From positions 1,875,918 through 1,939,917 of the forward strand of contig MU004188.1 in the NCBI GenBank assembly GCA_010093605.1: a DNA stretch of 64,000 nt, written 5' to 3'. The notes beneath the pieces were generated by a model, which was given only the letters and a program-made list of their open reading frames with translations, was not told the origin of the DNA and ran no database searches. A program made the position numbers and the translations under genes. The stretch comes from Lophium mytilinum (lineage: Eukaryota). Every line of letters starts with the position of its first letter. Positions within the stretch are counted from its first letter, which is position 1. This document shows, piece after piece, positions 26,221-37,816 of the stretch.

Positions 26221-29200
26221 TCATGGCGTAGGGTTGTTTCTCTTCTGCTCGAACTCAAGCTGACGTTGGACTTCCGCTTGTTCCGCAGCTGGGCGTTCGC
26301 TGTCCGATAGAAGCGCGATCCTGGCTAGCTCTTTCTCCCGACGAGCATTCTCCTTTTGGTCTTGTTGGCTTTGTGTATGCTGGAGGTCACTGGGCGTACC
26401 GTCTGGCTGAGATTAGTATAATGACAGGCACTGATATGCAGAGAAATGCGCGGACCTATTTTGCTCTTCTTCTTGTTGCCAGACAGCGTATTCATCCTCC
26501 TCTTCATCTTGTCAGTTACGTCGTTGAGAAACTGCTCCGCTGGGCCCATGTGGATGATACCATGCACGCCGAACGTCTCAGTTGTCATTTGGATGGAGAC
26601 GAACGACTCCTCGCAGTCCTGGAAAATTTTCTTTTCGTGTAAGAAGTCTTCTCCGAGGAGTAGATCAAACTTAAGATTCTTCAGTATATGGAACGTCGCG
26701 ACTACGACGGGAGACATGTGCATCTGAATAATTCGTTCCCGTGCCTCTACTGTATTTGAAATAATCTCCTTGCCAGTTTTGTATGAGATGTCCAAATCGA
26801 CAATCCCAGTGGTATTACCTTGACTACCATCTGCAAACATGATGTCTTGGCTAGAAGGTCGAATCTGGAAGCCTCTTCGAGTCGCATATGCGAGGGACAT
26901 GAGATTGAGGTCAGATCCAGAATCCACGTAGGCGAGTACCTCTCTATTCTCAAGTACGCAATGTAGTCTTCGTTTCTGACTTCCAAGACTTCTCACGCAC
27001 GGTGCTTGAGGTATGGACTGCGTTCGCATTACAAGCCGACGGCGGTGATCTGTCATGGTCCTTGTTTGATCCAGGAAAGGATCCCCCATGATGATAGATG
27101 ATGGGAGGTATGGGAAGATATAAAACCAGCAAAGGTAGATTGTAGCTAACAGATGGTATTCGCAGCTGAATACACAATTAGCCGAAGTCATTCCAAGCGC
27201 GCGTACAGATTTTCCGTTTGCCATCGTAAAGGATAATTGATGTTCGGCGGCGTCGTCGATTGAAAAACCGAGTAGACGTACGAGCTCAAGAGAGATTACG
27301 TTGATATCCGAGCCGGAGTCTGCGCAAGTCATCACTGTCGCTGGCCCATGGCGGCCCTCTAGAGTAATAGGAAGCCCCTGCCGCTGTCTCTTTCTTGATT
27401 GTCGAACATTGATTTTCGTACTTTCTTTGTGTTCTGTTACTCGCGCTCTGTTCCGTTTCTGGTCCGCTGACTCGTCGACGCCAATATCTCGAGTCTCTTG
27501 CGATGGGTGTTTGGTGCGATTGGGTAATGCGAAGGAGTCCGGATACTTCGTTGAAGCCTGTGCCACTTCGGGTTCGATTTTTGAAATTTCTGATCGTTTT
27601 GCACACAGCATACTCGAGTGAGGGAAGTCTGAAGGGCGAATCATGACTTCCCAGTCGATACTGTCTGGTTCACCTGGCCCAAGCGAGAGCTCATGATCTG
27701 TAGAGAATATGTTTGTCTTGTGATTGTGGAATATCCGTGTATGATGCTATCGTAGGAAGTCAGTGTAAATGGCGAAGGTGCAGACAAATGGTCAACTGAC
27801 CTTGTTAGCGATTCGAGCTCCCAGCCACAGTATTCTTTCAGCTCTAAGCTTTCTAGCTGACGATCTTGAAAAGGGTTGATCCTCCAAATCTGTCTCGACA
27901 TGGTCAAACCAATCAGCGGGCCAATACAGTTTGCTCCAGATCTGTCCCCTGACTAAGAAGTCCTCTGGGCAATGCTCTGATCCATCTTTGCGGCTATGAG
28001 GAAATTCGGAGCCTTGGTGCACTTGCAAGGCGTTGGGTTCGCTGGCTAACGCGTTGAGAAATCCTACGAGTGGTCGCCAGGGTAACATATCCATAAGAGA
28101 TCTCATGCATGGGATCCAACTCAGAGCCTCCAAGAAAATGAGCATAACGTGAATATGCGGGAGTGCATTTTCATCCCCGATACGTTGAAGGAAAATCTCG
28201 AGCGTGAAAAACGCCAAGCGCGCACTGAGAGAGAAATCATGGACAGCACTGCCGTCAAGCTCAAGCTTCCGATTCATGTCATAAAACGAGGAGCACGGCT
28301 CCAAATGTAGCAGTTCTTCGAAGAGATGCCTGGTGACTCCTAGTTCAGAACCCCACTGAAATAGTCCTGCTATGTTGGCCATGGCCATACACAGTCCTTT
28401 CTTCTGCCACACTTCGTGGCCTTCGTCGAGACCAATGCGCAACGTCCCTAGGTACATCAATAAGGCTCTATCGGATAGAGTGGCGCTTGCGGTGTAGTCC
28501 CCCATGGATTGACGGAAAAGTATATGGTGGACCGTGCTGAACTGGGCATCTACGGCAGGAACATATGATTTTTGAGCGGGTAGCGAACCGAGTGACGGAT
28601 CCCAGCTTTTATCCCATAAATCCAAAATAGACTCTCGAGATGCAGAGAAGGGCTTTATTGAGGTCAAGGATTTGGCAAAGAGGGAAAGTTGCTCGGATAC
28701 GTTGGGACGTGCGAGAATAGCGAGATGATGTGATAGCCTGCCAGCGTTCGGCTCCTTCACAGCACCCTTCTGGTACCAAGAGGTGGCCACCCCACTCCAG
28801 ATGTCCCGGTCCCGAAGATCGTCCTCTTCGATTGCCATTCTGTATCTCGCAAGGTCACCAAGGCTTTCCATCCAAGTAGTTTCAAAGGCCGGGAACATTT
28901 CGAAAAAAAGCCCCATCATATGATATGCAAAGTATAGAAACCTAAGCATACTTTCGAGGCTCTCCGGTAGTCTCAAACGAAGTGCTTCTAGAAGTGAATG
29001 AATTCCATGTTTCCAGAGTCGGGCTGGCATACTGTATTTAGTAGCGAGGCGACGTAAGGCTGGACTAGCCGCTGGATGTTGAGAGATCTGGAAAAACTCG
29101 AAATGTTCCACGATCAGGGCACTATGGGCCGTGACGAGTGCCTGCTCGTGTCTATGAAGCTCATCAATCTGCAGGTAATGATTTGCTTGCAGTACTTTGG

Positions 29201-29564
29201 ATTCTATCGCGGTAAGACTGGCGTATATGGATTTTAGATCTGCTGCGAGCTGTTCCTGCGAGATGGGGCGCGAATCTGGCTGCGAAATCAGGTCAGGATA
29301 ACTGTTCTGATGATGCATTGGATACATCTTATGAGTATCGACATGCTCTGGTGTGAAGACAGTGGACGGCTCCATGCTTGGGCTTTGGTCACCTGCTACG
29401 AAGGCCGTCAGTTCGGATCTGGAACCGGTATAGGCGCACGAGTTCTTTGCAGTCTTGCCTTGTCTCAAATCAACGAGATCTTCGCTGGTATCGCTGCCAC
29501 TAACGACAGTAGCCTGGAAATGTTTGCGCTCTTCGCGGCCATCGCAACAATCTGTAGATGCCAT
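26221..29564 (-). CDS. Fusion protein: Est1/SMG5-7-like helical domain + two retropepsin-like aspartic protease domains + C-terminal charged helix (about 1078 aa)
   Basis: Exons 29564-27801, 27746-26456 and 26402-26221 total 3237 nt in frame. Est1-like motifs: RPISQEQL, SQHPAASPALRRLA.KYSMPARLWKHGIHS, LGDLARYRMAIE, GRLSHHLAILA, ERILWLG. Protease motifs: CADSGSDINVIS..MANG..IIMGDPFL and YVDSGSDLNLMS..FADG..LLLGEDFL. Confidence 0.8.
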
Positions 29565-29906
29565 TTCCTTTACGGTATGGATGACAAGGCTGAAAGGTTC
29601 CACTTCCGTCAGCACTGGTGGTATCGGCAGCTGATCATCGGAGGACCGATATCCAAGACTCGATTTGTATGTATATTTAGACTGTTAGGGTTTTCGAGAA
29701 TGATGTTTGACGTCTACTGCTTCAGAGTTGAGGAGATGGGCTGAAAGACTGAAGGGTGCGTTGCTTCGCCTGCGCTTGACCCATGCTAGGCACTGCCACA
29801 ACGCCCGCAGCGACTTGCATACGCCTTGCAGATGAACTTCTGTGGACGCGGAAAGCCTCACGAAAGTGATACAACAGCACTGAGGGCGAGAGGAGCACTT
29901 TTAAGT

Positions 29907-30971
29907 ATGTCTATGTCAACATCGGACATCGAGCTTAGCCGACGAAAATCCTATTACCTGAACGGGTACCCTTCGCTAGCCCATTTTATTGCTAGCGACC
30001 GCGATAAATCGACAGTCGTCTTTCGCCGTTTTGACAGACTTTCAGCTCGGAACCTCCTCTGCCTACAGAGTGAGCTCGCAGAACTAGAAGCAAAGCAAGA
30101 TGCCGCTGATCAGGCTGACGCGCTTGGTGACATTGCTACGAAGCAGAATGCTAGAAACTGGGAGCAGGTTAGGCAACGAGCGAAAGATGGTGGAAGAGAG
30201 ATCGAAAGAGTGCAGCTAGCGATAGAGATTAGAGAGAAGTTGAAAGAATACCGTACGTCCAGCCCGATGAATGCGTTGAGCAATCAGAGTAATTCGAAAT
30301 AGGTGAAGCTCTCATGTTCGAAAGTACTCTGTTATCGCTAGCTCCACCATCGCAGCGGGTCTTACAAGCCTTGCGCATAAAGTTCCAGAACATTACCCCA
30401 GATGACCCCGAGGGCTGGCCAACACTAGGCGGAGCTAGTAGTAACATATACGACGACGGAAATGATCTCGTGGCGCTCCGGACAGCCCCTCATCAAGACC
30501 GGATGACTACTTTTGTGCGAGATCGATTGGGGATATTCTTTACGGCAAGTGCTCTGCTCCCGACCGATGACATATTCTGATAGGATGTCGTTCTGATCCT
30601 ATAATACAGGACCGGCCGGCGGATGGCCTGACGGCGTATGTCTCGGAGACGAAAGTCACTATTTTCGTTACTATTCTCAGCACGATAATGTCCGCTATAC
30701 TTCTCGTCGGTGCTATTGTAAGTTTGTATATCGTGACGTCGCAAAAAGCTCGTTTAGGAATGATTGGGGGCTTCACCGTTTTGTTCGCAGTAACTCTCGT
30801 CTTGTTGACAAATGCCCGAAGAGCGGAAGTATTTGGTGCATCAGCAGCGTAAGGAATCTTGGTTAAAATGATTTTTGAGTATGCACTGATCCGCGATACA
30901 GGTATGCGGCAGTACTCGTGGTTTTCGTGAGCGGGAATCTGGGCAATCAAACCGGAGACAATGGAGGATGA
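29907..30971 (+). CDS. DUF6594-family protein (N-terminal coiled coil, three C-terminal TM helices), about 298 aa
   Basis: GYPSLAHFIASD..VFRRFDRLSARNLLCLQSELAELE, EIREKLKEYREAL, DLVAL, and ARRAEVFGASAAYAAVLVVFVS. Exons 29907-30252, 30303-30544, 30610-30848 and 30902-30971. Intron 2 is GC-AG. Confidence 0.85.
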
Positions 30972-31077
30972 GAAGCATGAGATGGAGAGCTGAAAGGAAA
31001 CGCGTCGTTCTTACCTATATGCCTTCAATTGAATTTAATTGGCTCTATATATCTATCCCATCTATAGTCTAAAGCTT

Positions 31078-31722
31078 CTAAACCTCGCCCACCCACTCTC
31101 TTACCAGCTCATCCGGCACATCCCTCATAAGAACATGCACATGATCCAATCCCCTCACACTCTGCAAACCTACCGAGTTCTTAAACCACAAAACATCCCC
31201 ACCCACCTCCCTCGCCCTCTTCCCAAACCTCTCCTCTACAAACTCCTCGACAGCACTCCTCGCTTCATCCACCAACTCTCCCTCCCCATCCACCTCCAAT
31301 GGATGCTTCAACCAAACAACAATATGCCTTACCCCCTCCTCAAGCCCGTACGGCCAATCATTAACCAGAATCTTAAAATCCTCCGCCTCCGCAAAGGGGA
31401 TTGTGCTCTTGACTGCGAACCGCGGCGGCCCCTCCGCACCCTCCCCGTCCAACGGCGTCCATCGCAGCCGCTCTCGGAGCAGGAAGTTTGTTATTGAGCC
31501 ATACTTCTTTTTAGTCGCGGTGGACCACGCGAGATACGCGCGTAGGGAGGAGGGGACGCGCTTGAGTTCTTCGAGGCGGTTGGAGGCGATGAGGGTGCGG
31601 AGGCTAGACCAGGAGTGTGGTATGAAGGCGGAGTCAGGAAGGGAGAGTTGCTCCTGGTCAATTGAGGTCAGGTGGAAGGCTGGGGGTTCGGGTGGAGGAG
31701 CCAAGGAGTTGGTAGAGGTCAT
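31078..31722 (-). CDS. DUF3605 / GlcNAc-induced Gig1-like protein
   Basis: LEELKRVPS, KILVNDWPYGLE, HIVVWLK, WFKN..LQSV..LDHVHV motifs. Confidence 0.85.
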   Translation of the reverse strand: MTSTNSLAPPPEPPAFHLTSIDQEQLSLPDSAFIPHSWSSLRTLIASNRLEELKRVPSSLRAYLAWSTATKKKYGSITNFLLRERLRWTPLDGEGAEGPPRFAVKSTIPFAEAEDFKILVNDWPYGLEEGVRHIVVWLKHPLEVDGEGELVDEARSAVEEFVEERFGKRAREVGGDVLWFKNSVGLQSVRGLDHVHVLMRDVPDELVREWVGEV

Positions 31723-32023
31723 GGCAGAAGTTGTGGAGAAGGGAGTGGTGATGGGATGGATATTAGGGGTTCGTAGTGGGTCTTGGCATAAGACGTGCGC
31801 ATTTGTGCAATGAACATATGATCCGGGCAGGGTTTCTTGTAATCGGAAGCATTGAAGTTGCAAGGATATAATCTGTTGGTGTTCAATTGATAAAGTAATG
31901 TTGAGTTTCGACGTGCGCTACTAAGCTAGATTCATGACTTCAACTCCTTGCCAATCAGATGATCAATAATCGTCATACCATATATGTCATACTACGTAAT
32001 TTCGTGATATCGTTTGATCGTTT

Positions 32024-33273
32024 CTAGGAGTCCAGTTCCATCTCATCGCCTCTACTACTCGCTGCAGCTTGCTCTCTTTCGAGCTGTTCGACGCGTGCCA
32101 GGAATCCTTCCTTCCACTCCAGATACTCAAGCCGCCGTTCCTCGCTGAAGTAGTCGAGTTTCTCCTGCATCATAGTGCCCAGTCCAATTTCCAGTCGTTC
32201 GCCATCGCCATAGTCCTGCATATTCACGTCCGTTCTTCGTTGCCGCCTTCTTAGACCAACAACAGCATCGCCATCGTCTCGAGCGCGGCCGTTCTCTTGG
32301 CCTGATTCATCCTCTGTTTCTCCTGCTACTATGTTCAGATACCACTCCATCCGGACCCATCCATCGCTTTGCGCCAGTCGCATGAACCGATCTATATCGG
32401 CTAGCATTTCTTCCTCATCTGTTTGTTTCGCTGCGTCCATTCCACAGAGTACTTCTACGGCCTTGTCCCGCTGCTCCATGAATGCCTCTGGTGTAGTCTC
32501 TTGGTCGGACATTCGCGCGAGTACGTAGAGAAGTAGCACGGCAATGAGGGCTGGTATTTGGCTTTGAGTTATTGACTCCGGTTGTGCTGGAGCTGGCGCT
32601 GCTGTAGCGCGTCGAGCGCGTGAGCTCGCGCGTGGTGTTGTGGCTGCCTGAGGGGTATTCTGGAGGGCGAGGATGGTGCATACGCCTGTGTATACATGTG
32701 GTGTGGCTGCCGATTTGGAAAACGCTATGCAGAGATGGCGTATAGCAGATAGAACCCAGTCCGGAGCGCCATTATCATCGTTCGCAGCTTTTCTGGGTGT
32801 ACCTACACCACGTTTTGAAGGTGTTGTATGTTGAGGCGTTCCCTTCGCTGGCGTGCGCCGTGAAGGGGTTTGGATGGGTGTCTTCGTGGTCTTGTTCGCT
32901 TTCTGTGGGGTTGATGGAGCGCTACGATTCTGGCGCTGGGGAAGAACGGTTGTGAGGTATGTGTGGAGTTTCTTGTAGACTGGCGGGGCGCAAGGTGGAC
33001 GTGAGACTATCTTGGGTAAGTCGAGGCGTTGCTTCAGTCTGAATCTGTCAGATTGTACACAGAAACTTAATGTACATCCCAGAAGACATACCTCTCGCAC
33101 GCTATTTGCGCGCACGCGTATGGACGCGCGATCTCCTCTTCTGGCTTGAGACTGCTGGCTTTGCTTCGCGACTGCGTGAGAAGCGCGAGCGCAAGGTTGA
33201 TTAGGTCTGGAGGAAGAGGCCCACTAAGCGTGGGTATCAGTCCCGTTAAGGACTGTTCAATTGCTTTACTCAT
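32024..33273 (-). CDS. ORC6: Origin recognition complex subunit 6
   Basis: LALALLTQSRSKASSLKPEEEIARPYACAQIACERL, PPCAPPVYKKL and C-terminal GLGTMMQEKLDY..Y.EWK motifs. One intron. Confidence 0.9.
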
Positions 33274-34546
33274 ATCGCGAAAGATCACTGATACGAGGTG
33301 TTGGTGTTGATGCGAGCAAAGTTCAAAGCTTGCCAATGGCGTTCGTGGAACGGTTGCACGTGATGCAAAATATTCTCCGATCACTAACACTATTCTGACC
33401 TCACCTCGCGGCCGTGAATATCCCTCTGCTCATGATAGATCCGGGGTGCTTCCAATGAGCAACAGATAGGTAAATCAGTCAGTGGCTATGTACCACAGCC
33501 CGTGAAAGTGATATAGAGAGCTTTCCAGCTCATGAAAATGCCCAGTCAATGTAAGCATGCATTCCATCTGCAACGTTCTCAAGTCTCCAAATATTCCTGC
33601 TGCTTAGGTAGATCATCTTTTTTCGAGATTCGAAGCTATCTTCGCAACCTTTTCTTACTGCAATGCCGTCTCTCTCATTTGTAAACATGGCGCAAGTGCC
33701 ATTTCCAGTGCCAAACAGTCATTCCCGTTCCAGCTCTTATCCTCCAACGCACTCGAAGTTGTAGAAAGAGCTTCAAGTTTGAGAAATATAGATCTAATAG
33801 GAAATCAAGTAAGTTGAGGGTGTGAATTGAGGCGGAGAAGGTTCCGTTACTCGTCCTTACGCACGTTGGTATTACCCCAGGGATAGTAGCATAACCTATG
33901 TATACTCATCCTGAATCTCAGATTCGACGGATGGAAGACACATGAAAGGTTCATTCCTCGACTCCTAGCAGGGCAGCTGTGGGGAGTACGCGGGTTTGAC
34001 CCTGCTCCGGTCGCTAGCCAAGCTTTCCGTGACAGATCCGAGCAGTATTCTGTGCACGCCTGCCACTCTGTGGAAGTAGCTGTCTACGTCGAAGATTCCA
34101 GATTACCGACCATTTAGGGCAGCCGCCCAAAACTGAAGGGTGAATCGGTTTAAGCTGCCCGAATGTCCCCCTCTATCCCCCTTTACCCGTGGGCGGGCAT
34201 ATCGAACGGCACATGTTGCGACAAGTAGGGCGCCTGCCAAGCCCTAGCTGCGAAGGACTAGGCATGGGAACACGGATATATGCGGAGGAAGCGACCACTT
34301 TGGTGTTCTGCTAGCGTGGGATCTCGTCGGCGCCCGAGCTGAGTGTCGAGCATAAATACCCCCCTTTCGTCCTCACAGCTACTTTCCTCTATACACAACA
34401 CTCTTTTCCACACACCACACTCTCCTTCTTTTCGCTCCACTCTAATTAGTGTGCTCTCCCATAGAAGCTGCTTCACGTAGACAGCAGCATCATTTTTCTT
34501 CCGTCCACCCATTTTATCTGTCCTCTAGCAAACTTTCAGGGACAAG

Positions 34547-35514
34547 ATGAAGCACTTCCTTTCCACCCTTTGCGGCTCTCTCGCCTTGCTTATCTCCGCA
34601 GTCAACGGTGCTCCTTTCTTGGACTCCAGGCAAGATGACGGCCCCTACTGTGGTGAGCTCAGCAGCGAGCAACAGGGAGCCAGCATTGACGGGGTTGCCG
34701 GTGGTGACACCCACCTTATGCTCACCAAGGACAAGTGCCACCCCATGATCCTCTGCGCTCCCAAGCTCGTCAACAACGTCCGTCATGTTAAGGTCTACCC
34801 CGAGTGTGCGTGCTACCTCTGGGAGTAAGTCTTAGATTCTTTATTTTGTCTTTGAGGCCGGCGAATTGACAGACAATAACAGTAACCCAACTTGCGGAAA
34901 CGCTGCCAAGGGCGTCGGCGTGAACTTGGATGTCGATCTCCCCAAAGACCTAGACCAGCAAGTCGGATCCTACTGGTGCAAGCCGGCTCCCAACAACACA
35001 CTCCCAGTGACTATTCTGTCCGACGCCTCCACTACCGATCTCATCTGCAAGCTGGATCACCCGGACAAGAAGGCCTCGACTGAGACCTCCCAGACATTGC
35101 CACCCGCCAAGCGTGCCGAGTCTCATGATCTAGTCCCGCGCACCGATACATGCGGCTTCTTCAGCACTGAGCATGGAGGTCAGGGCAACTTCGGGTTCTT
35201 GAACAAGGATGAGCTGTGCCACACTTTCCCACCAGGGTTTGACAACGGGGTTAGCTCCATCCATGTCTCGGACGGCTGTGAATGCTCCTTCTGGCTGTAA
35301 GTAGATATCACTCCTAACTTAGCCTGTCCAGTCTTGCTAATTTCATCATAGTGAACATCACTGCATCAGCTGGCCCGACGTCCATGCCTCAAACGCCTTC
35401 AAGGACCTAAATGGGAAATTCGACAAGGAACTCAGCACATACTCCTGCCGCCTTAAGGATTCCAACGCAAAGACTGGATTCTTCTATGGTGCTGAGAACG
35501 TCACTAGCATCTAG
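34547..35514 (+). CDS. Secreted cysteine-rich protein with two related domains (beta/gamma-crystallin-like, tentative)
   Basis: Signal peptide MKHFLSTLCGSLALLISAVNG. Two modules share C..C..V..V.V...C.C..W...C....L...D.....Y.C spacing. Two introns. TATA-like element at about 34352. Confidence 0.7.
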
Positions 35515-36115
35515 GCTATGGATTCTTGCATTGAGTGCCCCTGCGATGGCCTCGATGGGCTAAGCTATTGCGTCTGGAACGAAGGCTGCTGTATCTAGTA
35601 ATGCAGTGAGCGCGTGGATCTGATGGCAGGTTTCACAATTCTGACAATGATATGATCTGATGCTCTACGCTGCGGAAGGGATGGGGAGTATTGCGGGACT
35701 ACACTCTCCGTTGATCTTTTCAAGATCAGATATTCTGGGTAGAGCTATGGGGGACTTCATCATTAGACTTTACGAAGTCAAGAATTGTTACGAATTGTTA
35801 CAAATAGGAAACAACTACTGATTTTCCTTTTGATTTTGACTGTCTTCCATTCCTATGTGAACATGCCGTGCTTGAACAATAAAACTATTCAATTACGTGA
35901 ACACATTTAGGGCTGTCCTTCCGTCATTATTGCCCTCATCCAAATATTGACAGACAAAACTTGAACAGGAAAGCTTGTATAAATAGATATATACAGGGAT
36001 AACGGCGGTGTTTAAGTGGGGCCATCAAGCTCCAAGCTTCGACAGCTTTAACCTCACCTCATTCATCGCACCACTAAATCCCTTACCAGATCCTTCCGCA
36101 AAAACCACAACCAAC

Positions 36116-36559
36116 ATGCCATTCCCCTCCTGGACAGTCGGCTGCATCTATGGCGCCAGCTCCGTCGTGCTCGGCGCATTTGGCGCTCATGGCCTGAAGA
36201 AACGCATCTCAGATCCCGCGAAGATCGCAGCGTGGGGAACAGCGGCGCATTACCAAGTACAACACCCCGATCTACATTCCCCCAAAACCTTACTAGCTAA
36301 ACAATACTAATGTGGTTGTGTGTCCCAGCTCATCCACTCCACCGCCCTCCTCGTCACCGCCGTCGCTGCCCCGCGCTCCGTGGTTGCCGGACCGTTGTTC
36401 ACAGCCGGCATGACAATGTTCAGTGGAAGCATCTATCTGCTCACCCTGGATCCGGAGAGATTCCGGCCGCTGGGGCCGGTTACGCCTCTGGGAGGCTTGT
36501 GTCTGATTGGGGGTTGGGTTGCGTTGGCTTTTACGAGGAGGATACCGTTGAGGCTTTGA
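36116..36559 (+). CDS. DUF423/TMEM256 small membrane protein
   Basis: GAFGAHGLK, W.TAAHYQLIHS, FSGSIY and LGPVTPLGG motifs. One intron (36257-36328). Confidence 0.9.
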
Positions 36560-37042
36560 GGTACTGGGAGGTTCATACACGATAGTGAAATGACGAGCAA
36601 GGGAAGGGAGATACGGGGCTTATGGATGGGTCAGGTGTAACATATGGGCTGTATACTATCGGGCGGGAACCAGCATCTCGGCTCTATCGGTAAGAGGTTT
36701 GTGAGGCTCTAGAGAGACAGGTTGAGCCTGTCCTCACTGTCTGTTTTCTCCACTCTCCGCGACACATTTAGACGTTCTCCTGGAATCAGCCTCTCAGCTC
36801 TTTTTCCACTACTTTCACGATGCCTCCGTCGAAGACCCTCGTCATGTCTAGCCCTTTCTTTCTCTCGAAACAATCTCCCTCGCCAGAGTCCCGTCCAAAC
36901 CAGAATCTCCTCGCTTCCCAAAATCCTGATTCGAAATCGATACTTAAATCCCTCTCTATCCCCTCCTTCCTGTCCCTGTATCATCGAAATACATCCTTCA
37001 TACCGATTTCTCCTACTCAGCAAGTTACCTGGCCTAGCAGCG

Positions 37043-37816
37043 ATGGCGCGACCTAACTACACAATGAGATATCGTACCAGACCTCGTCCCTCCAAACCGC
37101 GCCTTCAAATTCTGACCAAGGAACCTCGCCCCATCGCCCAACGCTGCGAAGAACTAGCCATAGAACTAGCCAACCAAGCCGGAGAAGAAACACCCTGGCT
37201 CCTCTCAAACCTCCCCACCTCATCCAAATCCACCCATGGCTACTACAATTTCGCCTCGGAAGCCGACCGCGAAACCGCGCGGGAGTACAATTGCAATACC
37301 ATAAACGATGTCCTCAAGCTCAGCACGCGGAAGCAGGAGACACTCACTCTGAACATCCGCTTCTTCTCGCCCGACAAGGAGGCTGATTTTGAGGGAAGTG
37401 AGGAAATCGACTTCCAAAAGCTCCGTTCAACCTTGGAGGACTACGAATACAGGATGCAGCAAAAGCCTCCAGCGAACGCGCGAAAGTTGGTCACGCATGC
37501 GCCGCATTTGCTGCATGGGGTTACGTTGCTTATCTTGCTTACTCTCATCCCTGCGGAGAAGATCATACGCCTTGCTGTATCGCAGAATATCGAACTTACG
37601 TATGAAATGCTGCAGGCGCGCAAGAGAGAGGCGATCAATGAGCTACCGTTGTATCAGTGGGAACAGTTCCTTGGTCTTCGTGAGGGAGACTTCGATGAGC
37701 TGGCTGATGCGCTTCGGAAGCAGAAGACCAGCTCTCTGATTGAAGACGAGGATGAGAAGGGGAAGTCGAAGGTAGCCAAGAAAGCGAAGGGATCAGGAAA
37801 GGATAGAAGGGTTTGA
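37043..37816 (+). CDS. Hypothetical protein
   Basis: 257-codon ATG-started open frame with protein-like composition and a basic C-terminus. No family recognised. Confidence 0.55.
   Translation: MARPNYTMRYRTRPRPSKPRLQILTKEPRPIAQRCEELAIELANQAGEETPWLLSNLPTSSKSTHGYYNFASEADRETAREYNCNTINDVLKLSTRKQETLTLNIRFFSPDKEADFEGSEEIDFQKLRSTLEDYEYRMQQKPPANARKLVTHAPHLLHGVTLLILLTLIPAEKIIRLAVSQNIELTYEMLQARKREAINELPLYQWEQFLGLREGDFDELADALRKQKTSSLIEDEDEKGKSKVAKKAKGSGKDRRV

Noticed and set aside
26325..27644. LTR-retrotransposon protease
   Set aside because: No gag, RT, RNase H, integrase or LTRs. The domain is duplicated and lies in a spliced gene.
16500..31000. Starship or other mobile element carrying the island
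   Set aside because: No tyrosine recombinase or transposase, and no terminal or direct repeats recognised by eye.
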